This document shows, piece by piece, positions 9,402-17,564 of a stretch of DNA of 39,510 bases (its first letter is position 1; each line of letters starts with the position of its first letter). The notes below the pieces were generated by a model, which was not told where the DNA came from, made no database searches, and saw nothing but the letters and a program-made list of their open reading frames with translations. Made by a program: the position numbers and the translations under genes. This stretch comes from a virus (taxonomy: Duplodnaviria > Caudoviricetes), in IMG/VR virus record IMGVR_UViG_3300032266_001227, positions 1 through 39,510 of that record, one strand, 5' to 3'.

Positions 9402-9944
9402 CTAGATCCTGATCACCCGCATCGGGCGCAGCAGCTGCATCGCGGCATCGGGCAGCGCGCCGGCCTCGCGGTTCATCCACCAGTTCGCGATCGTTAGCAG
9501 CACGGCCTGCGCGATCATCGGCGGCACGGCGCTGAAGCCGGTCTGGAATTGCACGGTCACCGCGTTCGGCACGCCGTAAGCGGTATCGGGCCAGATCGTG
9601 TTCGGATCGCGCACGATCGCCTGCGGATCGCTGACCAGATCGGTGAGGTAGTAACTCGTCGCCAGCGTCTGCGATGCGCGATTGGCATCGAGATAGGTGA
9701 TCGAGACCACCGAGGTCACCGGGCCCTTGGGCAGGCTGATCGTGTCGACGAAGCCGGGCAGCGAATATTCCCAGGTCTGCGTGCCGATCGCTCGGCCCGT
9801 CACCGCCTCGGCCATCGCCGTCGCGGCGGCGATCCAGGCGTTGAACTGTGTATCCCAGTCGCTCGTCTCGACCGAGCAGTGCGCCTTGGCAGCATCCAGC
9901 GTCACCGCGCCAGCGCTCGCCGCCGTGATGAGTTTCAGCCCCAA
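9402..9944 (-). CDS. Head-tail connector (HK97 gp6 / phiE125 gp8 family)
   Basis: GGAGG then TTG start (MGLKLIT); VTLDAAKAHC and QAVLLTIANWWMNRE motifs. Confidence 0.88.
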   Translation of the reverse strand: MGLKLITAASAGAVTLDAAKAHCSVETSDWDTQFNAWIAAATAMAEAVTGRAIGTQTWEYSLPGFVDTISLPKGPVTSVVSITYLDANRASQTLATSYYLTDLVSDPQAIVRDPNTIWPDTAYGVPNAVTVQFQTGFSAVPPMIAQAVLLTIANWWMNREAGALPDAAMQLLRPMRVIRI

Positions 9945-9958
9945 GGTGTCCTCCAATC

Positions 9959-9988
9959 GAAAAGGGGCGAGCCGAAGCCCGCCCCTTC
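9959..9988 (-). terminator. Rho-independent terminator after the capsid-associated gene
   Basis: Minus strand AAGGGGCGGGC-TTCG-GCTCGCCCC-TTTT: GC stem, UUCG loop, U-tract. Confidence 0.75.
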
Positions 9989-10008
9989 CTTCACTCAGCC
10001 GCGATCAA

Positions 10009-10446
10009 TCAGGCCTGATTCGGCGCCGGGCAGATGAAGGGCTCACCCTTCAGCACATAAGCGCCGATCGGCGTGCCGGTACCGTGCGTGCCGCTAAAGT
10101 CCGCCAGCAGCTTCAGGTAGCGCTTGCCGCCCTTGTAGCCGAAGCGGAACACACCGCCCGACGAGAGCGCGGCAGTGAGCGCCTTGATGATGCCGTTCGA
10201 GGTGCCGGTCACGCCCAGCAGATCGGCATCGGCGACGTTGGTATAGGTCGAGTTGTCGTCCGAATGCGTCAGAACGAACTCGATCTTGTTGGTGCCGCTG
10301 AAGGTGATGCCGCCAGCGCCGATCGCGAGCAGAATTTCGGCGGCATCGTAGGTCTGCAGATCGACCGCAACAGGCGTCGTATCGGCCGAATAGGTCGCAT
10401 TGACGATAAGCGTATCGACGAACAGGCAAGTGTGAATGTCCTGCAT
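10009..10446 (-). CDS. Putative capsid decoration protein
   Basis: Start MQDIHT after AGGA; directly follows the capsid gene; C-terminal GYKGGKRYLKL motif. Confidence 0.65.
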   Translation of the reverse strand: MQDIHTCLFVDTLIVNATYSADTTPVAVDLQTYDAAEILLAIGAGGITFSGTNKIEFVLTHSDDNSTYTNVADADLLGVTGTSNGIIKALTAALSSGGVFRFGYKGGKRYLKLLADFSGTHGTGTPIGAYVLKGEPFICPAPNQA

Positions 10447-10492
10447 GGGAAATGTCCTCTTGATGTCCCCTGCCTTGCGCACGGGGAAGGAA

Positions 10493-10517
10493 CCGGGCGG
10501 CCGCGATGGCCGCCCGG
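10493..10517 (-). terminator. Stem-loop after the major capsid gene (weak terminator or stability hairpin)
   Basis: CCGGGCGGCC-ATCGC-GGCCGCCCGG followed by TTCCTT on the minus strand. Confidence 0.6.
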
Positions 10518-10541
10518 CAGATCAGGCTCGAATTGCTCGCG

Positions 10542-11828
10542 TCAGGCGAACTTGAGGGTCTTGATCGCCTCGAAGTTGACTACGCCGCCACCCACGCGCT
10601 TCGTCGTGTAGAAGTTGACGTAAGGCTTGTTGGTGTACGGATCGCGCAGCACGCGCGCCGCCATGCGGTCGTTGATCAGATAGCCGCGGCGGAAATCGCC
10701 GAAGGCCACCGAGTAGGAGTTCGGTGCGACTGCGGGCATGTTCTCGTCGGTCGCGACCGGTTTGCCGAGGATCGTTTCCGGTCCGCTGAGCGTCGGCGGT
10801 GCCCAGATGTACTGGTTGGTCGTGTCCTTGAAGGTGCGCACCGTGCCCATCGTCACGTCGCTCATGATGAACGTGCCGTTGGTGCGGTAACCCGGGCGCA
10901 GGGCATAGTGCAGCGCGATCAGGTTGTCGGCGCCGGCGGTGGCGAAAGCACCCGAGGTGCCCGTCGCGACAAAGCCGATCTTGCCCCAGGCGTAGGAGGC
11001 ATTGGCCACCGGCGTGTAGGACAGGAAGCCCATCGGGCGGTTCACGCCGTTGCCGCTGATGAAGGCAGCGCCTTCCTGCTCGGCAAAGGTGATCGAGGTT
11101 TCCTCGGCCAGCCAAGCCGCGATATCGAGCGAGGCGTCGTCGAGAATACGCTGCGAGGCATAGGCGTTCGCATAGATCTCGCCGGCCGGCACGCTGATTT
11201 CCGAGAGCGTCGGCGTGCTGGTCGAACTGCGCGAGGCTTCCTCGCCGACCCACCCGGAGGTGGCGCCGCCCTGGCTGACCAGAGTCTTGTACTCATAGGA
11301 GCTGGTCGAGACGACGCGGGCAAGGCCGCGCATGGCCGAAAGGTTGGCCACGACGCGGGTGATCGTCGAATCCATTTCCTCCGGCAGCAGGAAGCCGCCA
11401 TCGGGATCGGACTGCGAGGTGAGCGCGGCCTTCACCGCCAGATCCTTGAGTCCCGCCTCGACGTTCTCGCCGCCCTTGCGAAACCAGGTGTTGAACTGGC
11501 CGGCATAGGCCTGCCGTTCGGGCGTCTGAACCTTGCCGCGCAGGCCGTTGCTGGCCCCGCCGCTCAGCTTCATGGCCTCGACGGTTTCCTTCATGCCGTC
11601 GATCGCCTTGGTGAGGCTGGTCACATCGGCGTTGATGCGATCGACCTTCTCGTTGGTCACGACGTCGTCGCGGCCCTTCTCGATGGCCTTCAGGCGCTCG
11701 TCGTTGGCTTCCTTGAAGGCGGCGAAAACCTGATGGATCTCGGCAACCTTGGCATTGATATCGCCGAGGGTCGGCGCTTCGGCGCGCGCGGACATGATCC
11801 CGCGCACGCGAGTGGAAAAGTCAGTCAT
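10542..11828 (-). CDS. Major capsid protein, HK97 fold
   Basis: Coiled-coil delta domain; DGGFLLPEE, WVGEE, AFGDFRRGYLI and RDPYTNKPYVNFYTTKRVGG motifs. Confidence 0.96.
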   Translation of the reverse strand: MTDFSTRVRGIMSARAEAPTLGDINAKVAEIHQVFAAFKEANDERLKAIEKGRDDVVTNEKVDRINADVTSLTKAIDGMKETVEAMKLSGGASNGLRGKVQTPERQAYAGQFNTWFRKGGENVEAGLKDLAVKAALTSQSDPDGGFLLPEEMDSTITRVVANLSAMRGLARVVSTSSYEYKTLVSQGGATSGWVGEEASRSSTSTPTLSEISVPAGEIYANAYASQRILDDASLDIAAWLAEETSITFAEQEGAAFISGNGVNRPMGFLSYTPVANASYAWGKIGFVATGTSGAFATAGADNLIALHYALRPGYRTNGTFIMSDVTMGTVRTFKDTTNQYIWAPPTLSGPETILGKPVATDENMPAVAPNSYSVAFGDFRRGYLINDRMAARVLRDPYTNKPYVNFYTTKRVGGGVVNFEAIKTLKFA

Positions 11829-11842
11829 GATGGTTTCTCCAG

Positions 11843-12697
11843 TTAGGAAAGCATGGTGGCCCGCAGACCATCGAGGCTGCGGGAAAGCTCGCCTGCATCG
11901 CGCACGGCATGGGCATCGGGCGCTGCATCGCGCTTGCTCCCGATGGAATCGATCATCCGCTGCCGATCGGCGCGGGAATAGCCGGCCATCGCCAGCGCCT
12001 TTTCGGTCTGGCGGCGCACCGCCAGCGCCGGGTCGATCGCCGCGCGCGCCGATGCGGCAGCGGCATCGGCCGCGCTCATCTTGCCATCGGCAAAGCCCAG
12101 CTTCATCGCCTGTTCGGCGCGCATGAACGTCTCGGCGTCCATCAGCGCCTTGATCTCGGCCAGCTTGGCGCCGGTGCGCGCGTGGTAGATATCGGCGAGC
12201 GAGGCATCGAATCCGGCGAACACGGTCGAGGCTTCGGCCATATCGTGCTGGTTGCCCACCACCACGCCCCAGGCATTGTGGATCATCAGCTGCGCGCCGT
12301 CGCCCATCAGGATCGTGTCGCCCGCCATGGCGATAATGCTGGCCGCGCTCGCCGCAATGCCGAGCACCTTCACGGTCACTTCGGCCGGGTGCGCCGCGAG
12401 CATGTTATAGATCGCGATGCCCTCGAACATGTCGCCCCCGGGCGAGTTGATCGCCACAGTCACCGGGTTCGCGCCGACGCTGCGCAGCGCCGCGCCGATG
12501 CGCTTGGCCGTCACGCCTTCGCCAGACCAGAAATCCTGCCCGATCTGATCGAGGATCGAGATCGTCGCCGCGTCTTCCTCGCCGGCAGCCGCCAGCGGCA
12601 GATCCGCCCAGGCTACCAGCGCATCGGTCGGCGAATCCCAGTGGAAGTTCTTCGGCCGCCCCGAAAGGCTGGCCTGCGGCAGTTCACGCAGCGACAT
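11843..12697 (-). CDS. ClpP-like (S14) head maturation protease
   Basis: Start MSLRELPQA; INSPGGD, GIAASAASIIAMAGD, MIHN and ETFM motifs. Confidence 0.93.
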   Translation of the reverse strand: MSLRELPQASLSGRPKNFHWDSPTDALVAWADLPLAAAGEEDAATISILDQIGQDFWSGEGVTAKRIGAALRSVGANPVTVAINSPGGDMFEGIAIYNMLAAHPAEVTVKVLGIAASAASIIAMAGDTILMGDGAQLMIHNAWGVVVGNQHDMAEASTVFAGFDASLADIYHARTGAKLAEIKALMDAETFMRAEQAMKLGFADGKMSAADAAAASARAAIDPALAVRRQTEKALAMAGYSRADRQRMIDSIGSKRDAAPDAHAVRDAGELSRSLDGLRATMLS

Positions 12698-13979
12698 TGC
12701 TGTTTCCTCCTGCGCCGCCACCTGAAGTGCCGGCCGTGTTTGGCGGATCGTAATAGACGTCGCCCCCGTCGCGCGGGTTCTCGTCTTCCATCTGGCGCAC
12801 ATCGTTCGGGCTGTAGACGCCCCACTGCATCGCCTTCACGTAGGCTTCCCAGCGCGCCTGAATATCGCCGCGCACCAGCGCGTTGCGATTGAAGCGGGCG
12901 TAGATATCGGGGTTTGCATCCCAGTCGATCAGATCGGCGCCGAGCGCCTCTTCCCACATCGTCAGGTGGTCTTCGAGCGTGAAGGTGACGAAGGCCTGCC
13001 CCTGCGTTTCGAGCCCGGTGCCCCAGCTGGTGCCCTTGTCGGTATCGCCGATCATATGCGGCGGCACCCCGAAGAACATCGCGATATCGCCGCGGTTGAA
13101 CTTGCGCGCCTCGATCCACTGGGCGTCTTCGGCGGTCAGCGCCATCTGCTGGAATTCGAGCCCGTCCTCGAGCACGATCACCTTGCCATCGCGCGCGCCG
13201 CCGCTGCGGTATTCATCCAGCTGGCTGCGCAGCCCGTCGACCTGTTCCTGCGTCAGCGTGCGGCCCGTCGGGAGCTTGAACGCGCCGGAGACATTCGCGC
13301 CGTTGGCAAACACCGTGCTGCCGTGCGCCTGCATCGCGCGGCCCTCGCCGATCGCCTCGCGCATGTAGGAAAGCGGCGAAAGGCCGGTCACCCCGTCAAG
13401 GCTCAGGCCCATCAGGTGCATCACGTCGGCTTCCTGCAGCACCTGGCTGCCGCCCGAAAGCGGCGTCCAGGTGTATTCGCAGGTGAAGTCCGAAAGCTGG
13501 CGCTTGGTCACCCGGTCCGGGTGCAGCGGGATCAGCGAAATCACATCGCCGCGCGCGCCGCGGATCTTGGCCGCATAGGCATTGCCGCGCAGCAGCACAT
13601 GGCCCTGCATCATCCGCTTGAACTGAGCTGGCTTCTGCCACTTGTTCGGACGGCGGTTCATCAGCTTCCACACCGGATGCCCGGTCAGCGTCTGGCGCGT
13701 GCGATCGTCGACCCGTTCCTTGATCGAGACCGGCATGTTCGCCACCGCGCCGCTGATCAGCCGCACGCAGGCAAACACCGCCCCGACCCTCAGCGCCGTC
13801 TGCGCCGTCACCGCCTGCCCGGATGCGCTGATCCCGCTGCGCAGCATGGCATCGAGCTCGTCGGCGTTCGTCGCCGTGATCATCGTTCCCGTAGACGCCA
13901 CCGGCATCCGCCAGCGCGGCTCGGCCACGACTTCGCCCGCCGGCGCCGATGCACCGAACAGACGGTCAAACCAGCCCAT
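12684..13979 (-). CDS. Portal protein, HK97 family
   Basis: AVFACVRLIS, LLRGNAY, LHPDRV, GLSP and FGVPPHMIG motifs. Confidence 0.96.
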   Translation of the reverse strand: MGWFDRLFGASAPAGEVVAEPRWRMPVASTGTMITATNADELDAMLRSGISASGQAVTAQTALRVGAVFACVRLISGAVANMPVSIKERVDDRTRQTLTGHPVWKLMNRRPNKWQKPAQFKRMMQGHVLLRGNAYAAKIRGARGDVISLIPLHPDRVTKRQLSDFTCEYTWTPLSGGSQVLQEADVMHLMGLSLDGVTGLSPLSYMREAIGEGRAMQAHGSTVFANGANVSGAFKLPTGRTLTQEQVDGLRSQLDEYRSGGARDGKVIVLEDGLEFQQMALTAEDAQWIEARKFNRGDIAMFFGVPPHMIGDTDKGTSWGTGLETQGQAFVTFTLEDHLTMWEEALGADLIDWDANPDIYARFNRNALVRGDIQARWEAYVKAMQWGVYSPNDVRQMEDENPRDGGDVYYDPPNTAGTSGGGAGGNSNVAA

Positions 13980-15772
13980 CAGATCACCACCAGCCCACGC
14001 GAAGCGTAGGGCGAGGCGATCTTGATATCAGCCACCGGGTTCGCCTCCATGAGCTTGGTCGCGACGAAGGCGGCGATCAGGGGATCGATCTTTGCCTTGC
14101 CGGAAACCTGCTTGTCGATCGCCACCGAGTTGCCCCTTTGCACTGCCTTCGCGTTGCTGACGCACCAGGACATCAGCCGGGTGCCACCGTGCGCCGCGCC
14201 GCCCGCTTCCAGCTTGCGCTGCAGCGTGAGGATTGCCGAATTCATGTTTGCCGCGCTTTGCGACACCGCTTCCACGTCAGCGCCGGCCTCAGCCGTCGAG
14301 AGCGTAAAGCCCGCCTCGGCCAGGGCATCGAGCAGCGCGCCGATGCAAGCCCGGTCGAGGCCAATCTTGCCTTCTGCCGGCATCAGGCCGGATTCCCGTA
14401 CTCGCTTGCACAGCTGCACGATGGCAACGACGTCTTCGTCGTCCTGCCCGCGCTGAAGGGCAACTTCATCGCCTTCCAGCATCGCCGCAACATCGGCCTG
14501 GCTTTCGATCTGGCCCCAGAAGGTCAGATCGCCATCAGCCTCGAAGTCTAGCAGCACCGAGCCGATATCCTTGCGCAGCTCGAGCACCTTGCGATGCGCC
14601 CAGGCGTGGTTCCAGTAGAGCCAGACCTTCGTCGCCTTGTCGCGTCCCAGAACGCAGATCCCGGTCAAATCGTCCAGCCCGCCGCCATCGATCCCGATTA
14701 CTGCGACCTCGCAGCGATCGAGCAGCACGTCGAGATCGCGCAGCTTGAGCCAGGATGCGCCTTCCCAATAGTCGGCGCCGATCCAGCGTTCGTCCTGCAG
14801 GCCGAGCCCGATCTGCACGTTGAGGTGCTGCGAGGCCCAGCGGTTCTCTTCCTCGCGTCCTTTCTCGACCGTTTCGGCAAACTGTTCGAGCAGCAGATCG
14901 AGGTGCACCGAGCGCCCGAGGTTGGGCAGCACCATCGACCAGAGCTTGGGATCGAGCCACAGCCGATCCTTGTGTGCCTGGATCTCCTCCGGAAATTCAT
15001 AAAGCACCGGCAGTAGCGAGGCTGCCGCCGCCCCCGTCACCTTGCCGTCGCGAATCCCGCGCGCCAGCCTCAGCTCCTCGGCGAACACGCCCGCCGGCGG
15101 CTCGTCACTTTGCGTCGTGATCTCGAGCAGGAAGCCGCCCGGCCGCGAGACCAGGCCGCCCCAGATCTGCCCCCAGACCCGCTTGGCGTAGTGAACCTTG
15201 CCGAGGATATGCAGTTCGTCGATCAGCACGCCCTTGGGAATGTCGCCCGTCACCACCTTCTCGTCGAAGGTCTGCACCTTCAGTGTGGTATCCGTCTTTT
15301 GATCGAGGATCGTCTTCCGGTGCGACTGGACGTGGAAGCGATCCCTCAGCACCGGATCGGCCTTGATCATGCCCTCGGCCTGGATGAAGCCGCGGTCGGC
15401 AATCGCCTGCGTGGCGCCGAGCAGGCTGTACATCTGCCGCGGCTCGTCATCCATCAGCAGCGCCGTCAGCATGATCGCGGCCGAGCCGGTGGTCTTGTTG
15501 TTCTTCTTCGGAATCAGGTTCAGCAGACGGCGCACGCGGCGCCGCCCGTTTCGATCGAGCGAGCCGAACAGCGCCGCAACGATGTCGCGCTGCCAGTCGC
15601 CGCCCGCATCGCGCAGCATCGGATTGCCGACGACGTCGGGCAGGCGCAGCTTGTTGAAGATGCCGACCGCGCGCGCCGCCAGCTTCTGGTCAAGCGGCAG
15701 ATCGGGGATCAGGCTTCGCCCCTCGCGCAGCCGGTCTTTCCAATCCGGACAGGCAAAGGTCCATTCGTTCAT
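13979..15772 (-). CDS. terL: Terminase large subunit
   Basis: Walker A PKKNNKTT, Walker B LIDELH, ITTQS, nuclease GIDGGGLDDL, C-terminal KIDP. Confidence 0.96.
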   Translation of the reverse strand: MNEWTFACPDWKDRLREGRSLIPDLPLDQKLAARAVGIFNKLRLPDVVGNPMLRDAGGDWQRDIVAALFGSLDRNGRRRVRRLLNLIPKKNNKTTGSAAIMLTALLMDDEPRQMYSLLGATQAIADRGFIQAEGMIKADPVLRDRFHVQSHRKTILDQKTDTTLKVQTFDEKVVTGDIPKGVLIDELHILGKVHYAKRVWGQIWGGLVSRPGGFLLEITTQSDEPPAGVFAEELRLARGIRDGKVTGAAAASLLPVLYEFPEEIQAHKDRLWLDPKLWSMVLPNLGRSVHLDLLLEQFAETVEKGREEENRWASQHLNVQIGLGLQDERWIGADYWEGASWLKLRDLDVLLDRCEVAVIGIDGGGLDDLTGICVLGRDKATKVWLYWNHAWAHRKVLELRKDIGSVLLDFEADGDLTFWGQIESQADVAAMLEGDEVALQRGQDDEDVVAIVQLCKRVRESGLMPAEGKIGLDRACIGALLDALAEAGFTLSTAEAGADVEAVSQSAANMNSAILTLQRKLEAGGAAHGGTRLMSWCVSNAKAVQRGNSVAIDKQVSGKAKIDPLIAAFVATKLMEANPVADIKIASPYASRGLVVI

Positions 15773-15787
15773 CGGCTGCCCGGCATG

Positions 15788-16297
15788 CTAGTTCGGGCGC
15801 GCAGTGGGGCCGATCAGGTCGCTCCAGTCCTGATCTTCCATGCCGGCAGTCCAGGCCCTTTCCCGCCGCTCTTCCTTGATGCCCTTGGGCTTCGGCTTGC
15901 CCTTGGGCGGCGTATCGGGCAGCACGCCGAGCCGGGCCTTGTCCATCCGCTTCAGCAGCTGCACCGTCGCGGCCGTCTTGCCCGCCTTCGACTGGCGATC
16001 GAGCCGGCCGAGCAGCTCGGCCTCGAAGATATCCATCGCGTGCTGGCGCGCCTTGCGCTCGGCATGTGTCGAGAAATAATGCCGGTTCATGGTCTGGGTC
16101 GCCATGCCGTGCGCCTGGGCAACCCGCGCCACGGACCAGCCCATGCCGAAGTGGCGGATCAAACTCTCAAAGATTTCAGTGTCTTTGGCGTGTTGCGGGC
16201 GCCCTCGGCACCCCTTGTTCGCGGGCACGGGATCACCGAGCAGGTCGAACGGCAGCCATCCCGGCCCGTCGCCTTTGCCCGAAACGCGCTTACCCAA
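15788..16297 (-). CDS. terS: Terminase small subunit
   Basis: DLLGDP...GRP.H, HTH-like segment, C-terminal GIKEER...WSDL; directly upstream of terL. Confidence 0.8.
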   Translation of the reverse strand: MGKRVSGKGDGPGWLPFDLLGDPVPANKGCRGRPQHAKDTEIFESLIRHFGMGWSVARVAQAHGMATQTMNRHYFSTHAERKARQHAMDIFEAELLGRLDRQSKAGKTAATVQLLKRMDKARLGVLPDTPPKGKPKPKGIKEERRERAWTAGMEDQDWSDLIGPTARPN

Positions 16298-16378
16298 GAA
16301 AAAAAGTCCCTGAATGAGAGGGGCAGTGGTTAAAGCCGGGCCATCGCCCCAGACTTTCGACCACCCCCCGCCGCTGCA
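16298..16378. other. Probable cos (packaging) region
   Basis: Intergenic between HNH and terS, the usual cos position in HK97-like phages; G-tract GGGGGGTGGTCGAAAGTCTGG and T-tract on the minus strand. Confidence 0.55.
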
Positions 16379-16684
16379 TCACGCCAGACCGGCGCGCTCG
16401 ACCTTCGCCCTTGCCGTCTTCTTGCCGTGGCAGGGCGAGCACAGCAGCTCGACGTTGTTTGCGTCCAGCTCCGCGCCGCCGTCCTTAAGCTCGACCACAT
16501 GGTCGCCATAGATCCGCACGCCTTCAGCGCCGCACTTCTCGCACTTGCGCCCGCGCATCACGATCAACCGCGCCACCAGCGCCCGCCACTCCGGCTTCAG
16601 GTAGAACGGCAGCGCCTTCTTAGGAGCGGCGGCCAGCCTGGCCGGCCTCGCCGCCAACCGCGGCTTGCGACCCGTCAGCTTCAC
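16379..16684 (-). CDS. HNH endonuclease (terminase-associated, HK97 gp74-like)
   Basis: CEKC...DHVVELKDGG...NVELLCSPCHGKKT. Confidence 0.92.
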   Translation of the reverse strand: MKLTGRKPRLAARPARLAAAPKKALPFYLKPEWRALVARLIVMRGRKCEKCGAEGVRIYGDHVVELKDGGAELDANNVELLCSPCHGKKTARAKVERAGLA

Positions 16685-16815
16685 ATCGTCACCTCTCGCC
16701 GACTGTATCGATTCCTACCCCCAACAGACCCCGGAGACGAACACCCTAAATTTGCCCCCGGAAAGCGGAATGGGGTTGACACGTTCCGGGGTACCTTTTC
16801 CGCCATTCCTGCCGC

Positions 16816-17292
16816 TCAATACCCCGCAGGAAGCCCATCGAGCGCACCGCTCCGCACCGCCCACAGCACCGCCAGATCATCGAGCACCCGCCCATAGCGC
16901 ACCCGCAAGCCGTCCGTCGTCTCCCCCGAGTCGTGCCCGCCCATGCATTCCCACACGCGCTCCCAGCGAAACCCGCCCGGCTCGTGCCGCGTCTTCATCG
17001 CCAGTACCAGGGCGAGCAGCGGACGGTTCGCCACCGCCACGCTCTCCATCAGGCAATCCTGATCGACGAACACCGCATCGCGGAGCGCGATCTCCCGCCG
17101 CCCAAGCCGCAGCCGTGGCCGCGCATCCGCATCGGCATAGTCCATCACCTTGTCGCGCACGATCTCCGGCCATCCCGATCGCGACCCGCTGGCGAGAAAC
17201 CCGCGCTCCGGATCAGGTGAACAGCGCAGCACCACCCACGCCTCCATCAGCAGCTCCTCCATCGCCTCCCGCTCCGCATTTCGCCGTGCCAT
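16816..17292 (-). CDS. Putative late-gene regulator (DUF6362-like)
   Basis: Likely start MARRNAE; EA..VLR.SPD, WPEIVRD and C-terminal W...RY.R.L; sits in the Q position between replication and packaging genes. Confidence 0.55.
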   Translation of the reverse strand: MARRNAEREAMEELLMEAWVVLRCSPDPERGFLASGSRSGWPEIVRDKVMDYADADARPRLRLGRREIALRDAVFVDQDCLMESVAVANRPLLALVLAMKTRHEPGGFRWERVWECMGGHDSGETTDGLRVRYGRVLDDLAVLWAVRSGALDGLPAGY

Positions 17293-17380
17293 CGCCTTCT
17301 TCCCTCTTCTGAACAGTTCAACACAGATATTCATTTTGTCCGCGCGCCTGCGCACATGAAGCAAACCAATCGGGCGCAAA

Positions 17381-17552
17381 ACTGTTCGGACTGTCGCAAG
17401 CCCCTGATTTTCAAGCCTTCAGACTGTTCGGGCAACTGTTCGAAGACTGTTCGGCGAACAGTTCGAAAGCCTCAGGTCACGCCCTCAATTCCCCGGAGGC
17501 AAGCCTCCCGAACAGTTGTTCGAACAGTTGCCCGAACAGTTCCTCGAACAGT
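17381..17552. repeat. Iteron cluster, putative replication origin
   Basis: ACTGTTCG at 17381, 17423, 17435, 17446; its reverse complement CGAACAGT at 17455, 17509, 17521, 17533, 17545; directly downstream of the P4/D5 helicase. Confidence 0.8.
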
Positions 17553-17564
17553 TACGCAGCCGCG

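Noticed and set aside
14430-14520. Intein or repeat insertion in TerL
   Set aside because: Only a short acidic loop extension; no intein motifs and no similarity to the 27-bp element.
17381-17552. CRISPR or mini-array
   Set aside because: Repeats are only 8 bp with 3-4 bp gaps and switch orientation; no cas genes.
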